Shown here: positions 53,834 through 64,000 of the stretch, one piece after another
Position numbering within the stretch: the stretch's first letter is position 1
Layout: each line of letters opens with the position of its first letter
NCBI RefSeq assembly: GCF_006345805.1
Contig: NC_043018.1
Coordinates: 22,444,001-22,508,000, forward strand
DNA from: Octopus sinensis
Taxonomy: Eukaryota
Direction: 5' to 3'
Length of the DNA stretch: 64,000 bases
Program-made: the position numbers and the translations under genes
The notes under the pieces: model-generated
What the model was told of the DNA's origin: nothing
The model's database searches: none
What the model saw: only the letters and a program-made list of their open reading frames with translations

Positions 53834-54362
53834 TACGCCTAGATTAAACATATAACTACGAGGCAATCTAGCAATGTGACTCTTGCTTTATACATTATAA
53901 TTTTTCAAATCCACCGCGCAAGTGCAGTTTCAAATCCACCGCGCAAGTGCAGCAATATTTCGGCGTTTCAATATTTGATATCAGGGTGGTAAAGAATATA
54001 TTAAAATTTCTACTACCAGTGACCTAGCTTGTAAAAAATTAGTCAGTAGACCTTATATTATTCATATAAACACAGTGTACAATGTACATTTAAACACATA
54101 AAAGGTATCCGTCATAGGATTCCTTGCACGTTAGAAGGAACAGCTAAAATCTAAACTACTATTAGGGATAAACTCTGAAGGGAAGGAAAAATAAATACAT
54201 TTACAATCTACCATTTACCATTCCGAAGAAACCCCGGAATTATTTTATTTTATTTGCTGCCGAGACAAAACTGCGCTTGCGCGGTGGATTTGAAAAATTA
54301 TAATGTATAAGCACATGGCACATGCTGGATTGCTTCGTACTTATATGTTTAATCTAGGCGTA

Positions 54363-54431
54363 CCTGCTGATGATGACTTCACCTAGCAAATTATTTTATT
54401 TGCTAAAAATAGTCTGAAATCATGGTCCAGG
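54363..54431 (+). ncRNA. Type I hammerhead motif, GUC site
   Basis: CCUG-CUGAUGA-UGACU..UAGCAAAU(UAUUUU)AUUUGCUA..AGUCU-GAA-AUCAUGGU-C-CAGG. Confidence 0.7.
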
Positions 54432-54534
54432 AGATAGATGGTAAATGTATTATTTTTCATTCCCATCGGAGTTTATCCCTAATAGTGGTTTGGCTTTTAG
54501 CTGTTCATTCTAGCGTGCAAGGATACCTCTTATG

Positions 54535-54575
<41 letters not shown>

Positions 54576-54842
54576 TGCACATACTTGCATAAACACATTC
54601 TTGCACGCACTGGCACACATACACACAAACACACACAAACATATATATATATATATATATATAAATAATAAATATAGGGAATAAATCCAAATTTACAGGG
54701 AAAAAAATCAGATTAGGATTAAATCCAATTTTATAGTAAAATATTATAAAATATTATTAGAGGACAAAACCACTATTTGCAAAACAAACAAGGAAAGACT
54801 TAATCAATACATAAAAATTTTAATAAATAGTCAAAAAAAACG

Positions 54843-54885
54843 CCACTACAATTGTTTCTTGTCTTGATCGACAATCTTCAGGTGG
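54843..54885 (-). ncRNA. Intact minimal type I hammerhead motif
   Basis: CCAC-CUGAAGA-UUGUC(GAUCAA)GACAA-GAA-ACAAUUGU-A-GUGG; all three stems pair; palindromic stem III; GUA site. Confidence 0.85.
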
Positions 54886-55318
54886 ACTTCCAATCTAAAA
54901 TATCAATATTTTAAAATATAAAAATAATAATTTTAAAATAATTAAAGTATGAATGAAAAAATATAAATATATAATCCATATATAACCTATATATAATCCA
55001 TATAATCAATATATAAACAATATATAAACTAAAATAAACCTATCACAATTAATATAAAATATAAAATATAAAATAAAATATATAAAACAAAACAAAAAAA
55101 ATAATAATAATATAATAATAAACTATATATACACCAAACACATATACCTAATTATATATAACCATATCTAACTACATACACTAAATCACACCCCTATATA
55201 TATATCCCTATACATACACATAAAAACGTCTAGGCAACTATAAATAAATAAAATAGCTAATACTTCAACACAATACGTATTCATACTCACACACACACAC
55301 ACATACAACCCACATTCA

Positions 55319-57175
55319 CGCTCTAGAAAACGGACATCACTTAAAATTATGAACGGAGAAATGGAATAAATGGAATTAAAAATTATATCACTTGGTGTAA
55401 AACGAACAATACTTAAAAATTATGAATGATGAAAACAATGCAATAAAACAACAGACATCGCAAATAGACACAAATTACTACGAATTCCTAACAAACCTAC
55501 CATGATAAACCAAAACTCATAAAAAATATAATGAATAAAATCTCCCTTTACTAAACTCTATAAATACCTATATAGCAATCCCCCTAACCTAACATTCACA
55601 CACAAATACACACACGTAAACCACACACCCACGACATATACAAATACCCACACCACTTACACATCCTATACATACATATAAACCTCAACATATACTCCAA
55701 AAACCCACTCACCCCCACACAGACAATAAACACAAAAATTATGAATGGATTCTTTTATAAAACTACCATGATAAGCTAAAACTCACAAAACATAAATGAT
55801 AAAACCTCCCTTTACTAAACACTATAACATACTTATATAGCAATCCCTTTAACCTATACATTCACACACAAATACACACACGTAAACCACACACCCATAA
55901 CAATACAAACACCCACCCCACCACACACACCCACAAGTACATATAAGCCTCAACATATACACCAAACAAAATTACTTACCAAGGAACTTAACATATGTAT
56001 ATAAAAAGTATAACCGCTCTGGAAACGAACATCTTTTAAAATAATGAATGGAGAAATGGAATAAATGGAATTAAAAATAATATTCACGTGGCACAAAACG
56101 AACACCACTCAAAACTTATGAATGAAACATGTAATAAAACAACCAACATCGAAAATAGACAAATTACCACGAATTCCCTAAAAAAAAACATGATAAACCA
56201 AAACTCTAAAAATATATAACGATAAAATCTCCCTTGCTAAACTCTATAACAAACCTATATAGCAATCCCCCTAACCTAAACATTCACACACAAAAAACAC
56301 ACACGTAAACCCACAGACCCACGACTTATACACATACCTATACTAACTTATAAACCTCAATATACACCAAAAACCCACTCCCTCCCCACACAGACAAATT
56401 AACACATACATCCCAAAACCTAAATAACAAACCCATATACATTCACACACAAACACACACACACGCAAAACACATCACACAACAGATACATATACTCCCT
56501 CACATATACGCATATAATACTCACTAAACTCGATAATACAACAATATTTACACACCCACACTCATACAGATAAATAAATTATACAACTAAAAACTCACAC
56601 ACAATCTCATATACAAAACACTCCAATAAAAAACAACATTAAATACATCGTAATTAACCAGAATATCAAAAATAACAATATGACATAAGGAGAAATAAAA
56701 TACATACTTACAAGTCAGTTCAAATATGAAGTGAAATTAAATTCTTAGCCGTTAAAAAACCAAACCAAAATTACGTTACCATAGAAATATAACTTATGTA
56801 AAAAAAGAATACGCGCCATGGAAAGTAAACGTCATTTAAAATTATGAATGGAGAAACAGAATAAATGGAACTAAAAACTATATCCACGTGGCAAACCAAC
56901 ACTACTTAAAAAAAATTATTATGAATGGATTCTTTAATAAAACTACCATAATAAATTATTATATACAATTATGAGCTTTAGCTCATCTTAGCAGCTCTAA
57001 CAAACAACTTGCAGTAACCCAAATCTATTCTCGATGCCTGCTTACTACTACACTATTCCATTCCAATTCCAAGCAACGCTAGCCCACACCCGGTTACAAT
57101 TCCCAACTCCACCCATTCATTCACAATTTCAACGACGTCCAACTCCACAGCGCTACATATAAGCCTCAACATATA
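55319..57175. repeat. Strand-biased modular repeat (3 x module A ~115 bp; 3 x module B ~250 bp)
   Basis: Module A at 55319, 56014 and 56813 (AAAATTATGAATGGAGAAA.GGAATAAATGGAA). Module B at 55450, 55750 and 56140 (CTACCATGATAA..TATAGCAATCCC..CATTCACACAC..CCTCAACATATAC). The plus strand is visibly G-poor. Confidence 0.85.
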
Positions 57176-57489
57176 CACGGAGATTCGCTTTCAATCCGTG
57201 CGGATGGGTGAGAGTATACATTGAGTGTAGTGATGGGGCTCCCATTACTATACACATTTGTACCTGTGTGGTAGTCTCTCATGTGTATATACACGCACGG
57301 GTACAAATGCAGGGGGTACACGCGCACGGCATGTACGTGTACCCCCTCACATGTACATATGCATGCTAGTTGGGCTCGATATGTGCAACAATGTAATCGA
57401 GCCCGCATACATGCATATGGGCGAGTTGCACAATCAAAATACGCACACGTGTGTGTGTGCGTTCACTGGTTGTGCAATTCACCCATCTG
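57176..57489 (+). ncRNA. Candidate multibranch structured RNA or ssDNA element (antisense to the PLE ORF)
   Basis: Six stems read directly from the sequence plus a closing stem. Stem irregularities are mostly G-T on this strand. Function unknown. Confidence 0.6.
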
Positions 57490-58374
57490 GGTGTGAGTGG
57501 GGTAAGCGTATTGCTGTGGATGTCGAGCTTGATACGTATGTATATGAGTGTGTATTGGGAGGTTGTACGTATTTATTGTGTGCATGTGCTTCACGCACGT
57601 GCGTCCATGTATGATGAAATATATTGGGATTGCTATGTGGGTGTAAATTGGGTATAGAGGGGGGAGTTTTGTCATTGTATGGGTGTAGGTTTCATTTGTG
57701 ATGGTGGTTTGTTGGTGATTTAATATGTTCTGTATTTGGGGTTAGTTATGTATTATTCTAGTGTGTATAATTGTATACATATGATTGGTGTGAGTAGGAT
57801 TACGCCCATTTTTGGGGATGTATGTTTATTTGTCCGTATAGGGCGGGAGTGGCCGTTTGGTGTATATGTTGAGGCTCACATGCAATTCAGGTACGCGCGA
57901 ATGAAGTGGGCACTTATATTTGTTATGGGTGTGTATACTTTATTATAACAGACAATACCCAAATAAAATCTGTCAATTCAACATACCCAAATAAAAAACA
58001 AAAACAAAGGGATCGTAAACATTCACACATACATACAAAACTCAATAAAAACACCACTAAATAACACCCATCAACATATAAATATATCCTCCAAAATACA
58101 TATAACAAATGCATAATAAAAATACATAATAAAATAAAATAAAATAAAAAAAATATATATATAAATAAAGAAAATAAAAAAATCTAATATAAATTATTAA
58201 AGTTTTAACATACCATAAACTGTTATATTAATATACATTAAAAATGAACTAATTAAAACAAAGAAATATCAATAAAGACTAACTATAATTAAAGCCTAGA
58301 CTACATAACCAAAAAATATATTATCTAAACTAATTTAAACTAAACTAAAGTAACCTAATAGGGAACATTATTTG

Positions 58375-60133
58375 CTATTTATCATGAAACTTATTATATA
58401 GGTAAAGTAACTTATGTCTGCATTTTATTTTGCGCTCTTCACCAGTATTAAGTAAATTATCATACTTATAAAATAAAATTTCTTTAAACTCATTAGAGCA
58501 TAAATAACAACAATTAGCTCCTATAGTATATGATTTAGTTTTACAAATTATTTCCCAAATTTAACTATAATTAATATTTAGTGATTTAGACTCCAAATGT
58601 ACTTACTAAGTCCGGTTGAGTTGATTAAGTTTTTATTTTTAAAAGAATTCATATGTTGTGCGATTCTTAGTTTTATTTTTGAGGAAGTAGAACCTATATA
58701 AACCGCTTTTGGGTAATTATTATTCTTAAAGTTATTATCATGTAATGTAACTATACATTTATACACTACATCGTTAATATCACAATTATTATTTAATATA
58801 CAATTAGATTTATCTCTACATGTACAATTAATATAAGTCTTATCATTATTAATATTATTATCAAATAATTTCTTTTATAAAATTATTCAGTTTATATTTA
58901 TTAAATGAAGAAATAATGTTACAACATTATTAGTGGTAGAATAACCAACTCCAAATTATAAAAGAGAAAATGTTTCTATATTTACGATTATCTCTAATAA
59001 ATAGTTCTATAACATCTAAAATCTCTTTAATAATATTCGTTTTTACTTGATCTCCATAAGGAACTATTAACCATATTTTTATCTTAATAACCTTATTATT
59101 ATTATCATTATTATAAATATATTTATAATTCTTTATTTTTATAAAATTATTATCAAAATATATCTATGTACAGCATTAAGGAATTATTAATATTATTAAT
59201 TTTATCAATATAATTATTATAATAATTATTAAATTTATTTTTATTTTTATTATTCTTATTTATATTATTATTATTATTATATTTATTATTATTATTATAT
59301 TCTTATTTATATTTTTATCATTTTTATTATTTTTTTTATAATATCTATTATTTTTACCACTAAAACCTAACAAAATTATAATTATTATTAGAAGTATCTC
59401 GAAAATTATCAATTAAATCTTTATCACTAATATTATAAAATTTAATATTCCTATTATAACCTGCCCCTCAAGGGCCTCATTATAATAATTAGCATGTTTA
59501 TTAAAATCTCTATATCATAAGAGAGTAATGAAATACGTTTACTTATATTATTAATCAACGATTTTTTAATAGAAAATGTGTGATTACTATTAACATTTAT
59601 ATATGTAAGGTTCTCATTAAGTTATGATATGGTTGTGTTTTACCTGTAATAAGATAAAATAACATCTAAATAATTAACATTATAATTATCCTTATATATA
59701 GTAATACTAAACCAATCTTTTAAAGAAACTATATAGTTTTTTCTTATATACTTCTAGATTCCTATTAGTACAATTCTTTGTAACTAGTAGAAGAAGATTC
59801 GTCTCTATATAAACCACCCTCTATCTTAAGATTTTCTAATTGGAGTTCAGATAAAAGAAAAATACCTACTAAATCAGTAGCCTGTGCAGAATCTGGTGCT
59901 CCCCATAGGTATATCCAAAAATCTCTAGTATCATTCCTAGCCCATAATTTATTTTTATATTTAATTAGCGTTTCCTAGCCATTTTTTTAATACATTAACT
60001 TCTTCCCGTGACATACCCACTTATTCATTGCGAAAATAAGCGCTTATTAACACAATTTCATTAATAGAAGAATAAAATTATCTATATCTATTTGAATAAA
60101 TTATAACGATTTTTATCTTAATTTATAAAACCA
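58375..60133 (-). pseudogene. PLE polyprotein fragment: RT (motif A to thumb), Asn-rich linker, CxC region, GIY-YIG endonuclease; many indels
   Basis: Across frameshifts: WF..DIDNFYSSINE..DIPMGAPDSAQATDLVGIFLL..GGLYRD(D)..NYLDV..YINVNSNH..KRIS..YYNEALEGAGY..IWL.VPY..VKTNI..CTCRDKSNCILNNNC..VVYKC..VYIGSTS..RIAQHMNSF..LSKYIW..NWEII..CYLC..KCRHK; TAG at 58375-58377. Confidence 0.88.
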
Positions 60134-63100
60134 TAATATAAGTAAACGTATTTCATTACTCTCTATGATATAGAGATTTTAATAAACATGCTATTATTAT
60201 AATGAGGCCCTTTGAGGGGCAGGTTTATATAGGAATATTAAATTTTATAATATAGTGATAAAGATTTAATTGATAATTTTCGAGATACTTCTAATAATAA
60301 TTATAATTTTGTTAGGTTTAGTGGGTAAAAATAATAGATATTATAAAAAAAATAATAAAAATGAAAAAATAAAATAAGAATAATAATAATAATAATAAAT
60401 ATAATAATAATAATAATATATTAAATAAGAATAATAAAAATAAAAATAAATTAATAATTATGATAATAATTTATTGATAAAATTAATAATATTAATAATT
60501 CCTAAATGTGTTATACATAGATATAATGTTGATAATAAGTTTATTAAATAAAGAATTATAAATATATATTTATAATAATGATAATAATAATAAGGTTATT
60601 AAGAATAAAATATGGTTAAAGTTCCTTATGGAGATCAAGTAAAAACGAATATTATTAAAGCGATTTAGATGTTATAGAAACTATTTATTAGAGATAATCG
60701 TAAATATAGAAACATTTCTCTTTTAAAATTTTGGAGTTGGTATCTACCACTAATAAATGTTGGTAACATTATTTCTTCTTTAATAAATATAAACTGAATA
60801 ATTTTATAAAAAGAAAATATTTGATAATAATATTATAATGATAAGACTTATATTAATTGTACATGTAGAGATAATCTAATCTAATATGTATATTAAATAA
60901 TATATAATTGTGATATTAACGATTGTAGTGTATAAATGTATAGTTACATTAATGATAATAACTTTAAGAATAATATTACCCCAAAAGCGGTTTATAGGTT
61001 CTACTTCCTCAAAAAATAAAAACTAAGAATCGACCAACATATGAATTCTTTAAAAATAAAACTTAATCAATCAACCGGACTTAGTAAGTACATTTGGAGT
61101 CTTAATCAATAATATTAATTATGTTAATTGGGAAATAATTTGTAAAACTAAATCTATACTATAGGAGCTAATTGTTGTTATTTATGCCTAATGAGTTTAA
61201 AGAAATTTTATTTTATAAGTATGATAATTTACTTAATTATGGTGAAGAGCGCAAAATAAAATGCAGACATAAGTTTACTTTACCTATATAATAAGTTTAA
61301 TGATAAATAGCAATAATAGTTCCCTATTAGGTTACTTTAGTTTAGTTTAAATTAGTTTAGATAATATATTTTGGTTATGTAGTCTAGGCTTTAATTATAG
61401 TTAGTCTTTATTGATATTTCTTTGTTTTAATAGTTCATTTTTACTTTATTAATATAACAGTTTATGGTATGTTAAAACTTTAATAATTTATATTAGATTT
61501 TTTTTATTTTCTTTATTTATATATATATTTTTTTTTTTTATTTTATTTTATTATGTATTTTTATTATGCATTTGTTATATGTATTTGGAGGATAGATTTA
61601 TATGTTGATGGGTGTGTTATTTAGTGGTGTTTTTATTGAGTTTTGTATGTATGGTGTGAATGTTTACGATCCCTTTGTTTTTGTTTTTTCTTTGGTATGT
61701 TGAATTGACAGATTTTATTTGGGTATTGTCTGTTATAATAAAGTATACACACCCATAACAAATATAAGTGCCCACTTCATTCGCGGTACCTGGAATTGCA
61801 TGTGAGCCTCAAACATATACACCAAACGGCCACTCCCGCCCTATACGGACAAATAAACACATACATCCCCAAAAATGGGCGTAATCCCACTCACACCAAT
61901 CATATGATACAATTATTACACTAGAATAATACATAACTAACCCAAATATACAGAACATATTAAAAATCACCAACAAACCACCATCACAAAGAAACCTACA
62001 CCCATACAATGACAAAACTCCCCCCTCTATACCCAATTTACACCCACATAGCAATCCCAATATATTCATCCATACATGGACGCACGTGCGTGAAGCACAT
62101 GCCACACAATAAATACGTACAACATCCAATAACACTCTATCATACGTATCAAGCTCGACATCCACAGCAATACGCTTACACCCACTCACACCCGAGGGTG
62201 AATTGCACAACCAGTGAACGCACACACACACGTTGCGTATTTTGATTGTGTGCAACTCGCCCATATGCATGTATGCGGGCGCGATTACATGTTGTTGCAC
62301 ATATCGAGCCCAACTAGCATGCATATGTACATGTGAGGGGGTACACGTACATGCCGTGCGCGTTGACCCCCTGCATTTGTACCCGTGCGTGTATATTACA
62401 CATGGAGACTACCACACAGGTACAAATGTGTATAGTAATGGGAGCCCCATCACTACACTCAATGTATACTCTCACCCATCCGCACGGATTGAAAGCGAAT
62501 CTCCGGTGTATATGTTGAGGCTTATATGTAGCGCTGTGGAGTTGGACGTCGTTGAAATTGTGAATGAATGGGTGGAGTGGGAATTGTAACCGGGTGGTGG
62601 GCTAGCGTTGCTTGGAATTGGGAATGGAATAGTAGTAGTAAAGCAGGCATCGAGAATAGATTTGGGTTACTGTAAGTTGTTTGTTAGAGCTGCTAAGATG
62701 AGCTAAAGCTCATAATTGTATATAATAATTTATTATGGTAGTTTATTAAAGAATCCATTCATAATAAATTTTTTTAAGTAGTGTTGGTTTGCCACGTGGA
62801 TATAGTTTTTAGTTCCATTTATTCTGTTTCTCCATTCATAATTTTAAATGACGTTTACTTTCCATGGCGCGTATTCTTTTTTACATAAGTTATATTTCTA
62901 TGGTAACGTAATTTTGGTTTGGTTTTTTTAACGGCTAAGAATTTAATTTCACTTCATAATTGAAACCGACTTGTAAGTATGTATTTTATTTCTCCTTATG
63001 TCATAGTGTTATTTTGATATTCTGGTTAATTACGATGTATTTAATGTTTTTTTATTGGAGTGTTTATGTATATGAGATTGTGTGTGAGTTTTTAGTTGTA

Positions 63101-64000
63101 TAATTTATTTATCTGTATGAGTGTGGGTGTGTAAATATTGTTGTATATATCGAGTTTAGTGAGTATGTATATGCGTATATGTGAGGGAGTATATGTATCT
63201 GTTGTGTGTGTGTGTTTGTCTCGTGTGTGTGTGCGTGTGTGTGAATGTGTATATGGGTTTGTTATTTAGTTTTGGGGTATGTGTTAATTTGTCTGTGTGG
63301 GAGGGGAGGAGTGGGTTTTTGGTGTATATTGAGGTTTATAATTAGTAGGTATGTGTATAAGTCGTGGGTCTTTGGTTTACGTGTGTGTTTTTGTGTGTGA
63401 ATGTTTAGGTTAGGGGGAATTGCTATATAGGTTGTTATAGAGTTTAGCAAAGGGAGATTTTATCGTTATATGTTTTTAAGAGTTTTGTTTATCATGGTTT
63501 TTTTAGGGAATTCGTGGTTACTTTGTCTATTTCGATGTTGGTTGTTTTATTACATTGTTTCCTCATAAGTTTTGAGTGGTGTTCGTTTTGCCACGTGAAT
63601 ATTATTTTAATCCATTTATTCCATTTCTCCATTCATTATTTTAAAAGATGTTCGTTCCAGAGCGGTTATACTTTTTTATACATATGTTAAGTTCCTGGTA
63701 AAGTAATTTTGTTTGGTGTATATGTTGAGGCTTATATGTACTTGTGGGTGTGTGTGAGTGGGTGGGTGTTTGTATTTGTTATGGGTGTGTGGTTACGTGT
63801 GTGTATTGTGTGTGAATGTATAGGTTAAAGGGATTGCTATATAAGTATGTTATAGTGTTTAGTAAAGTGAGGTTTTCTCATTTATGTTTTGTGAGTTTTA
63901 GCTTTCATGGTAGTTTTATAAAAGAATCCATTCATAATTTGTGTTTATTGTCTGTGTGGGGTTGAGTGGGTTTTTGGAGTATAATGTTGAGGTTTATATG
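60133..64000 (+). mobile_element. Second, more 5'-truncated inverted copy of the same PLE (runs off the window)
   Basis: Reverse complement of 55675-59551; ORF remnant ends at TAG 61308-61310; copy of the structured element at 62193-62508. Confidence 0.85.

Larger units (their letters stand above)
53575..54540. mobile_element. Direct-plus-inverted cluster of one PLE-type terminal unit, in (TA)n
   Basis: 53575-53750 repeats at 54000-54180; 53752-53930 is inverted at 54270-54445; 53665-53750 is inverted at 54465-54540; carries two hammerhead motifs. Confidence 0.75.
54670..60133 (-). mobile_element. 5'-truncated YRDD-type (Hydra-like) Penelope-like element with ~3.7-kb 3' extension and terminal hammerhead
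   Basis: RT-to-GIY-YIG ORF at 60133-58375, then modular non-coding DNA, a hammerhead at 54843-54885 and a tail into (TA)n. That the whole 3' extension belongs to the element is inferred. Confidence 0.75.

Noticed and set aside
54900-57150. Mitochondrial control region or NUMT
   Set aside because: The A/C skew is mtDNA-like, but no mitochondrial tRNA, rRNA or protein motif was recognised and the neighbouring ORF is a PLE. A BLAST against cephalopod mitogenomes would settle it.
57166-57948. Protein-coding ORFs in the PLE 3' extension and their mirrors at 61809-62589
   Set aside because: The frames are not preserved between the two arms, and the translations reflect palindromic and GT-rich composition.
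58375-61310. Selenocysteine-recoded PLE or alternative genetic code
   Set aside because: Interruptions are 1-nt indels that differ between the arms, not conserved in-frame TGA codons.
55560-63420. Telomeric repeat array
   Set aside because: Only isolated TTAGG(G)-like words occur within module B; there is no tandem (TTAGGG)n.

Overview
Eukaryotic, gene-poor, repeat-saturated genomic DNA. The tRNA-derived CORE-type and Deu/Nin-type SINEs and the dense (TA)n/(CA)n/(TATC)n tracts fit a coleoid cephalopod, probably Octopus (inference). No intact protein-coding gene is supported. Main contents: non-autonomous Helitrons; a ~10-kb 29-bp AT-rich satellite split by a 5'-truncated CR1/L2-group LINE; a 10 x 70-bp hairpin array; a decayed Poseidon-type Penelope-like element (PLE); an intron-containing alpha-tubulin pseudogene; several minimal hammerhead ribozyme motifs; and a 100-N gap. 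The most striking region is 54.7-64 kb: two head-to-head copies (palindrome arms of at least 3.87 kb) of an AT-rich YRDD-type PLE encoding RT plus a C-terminal GIY-YIG endonuclease. The ORF is followed by ~3.7 kb of strand-biased modular repeats, a ~300-nt multi-hairpin element with strand-specific G-T wobbles, and a terminal hammerhead. All alignments and folds were read by eye. Many small indels may be long-read errors, and the palindrome could be a fold-back artefact.
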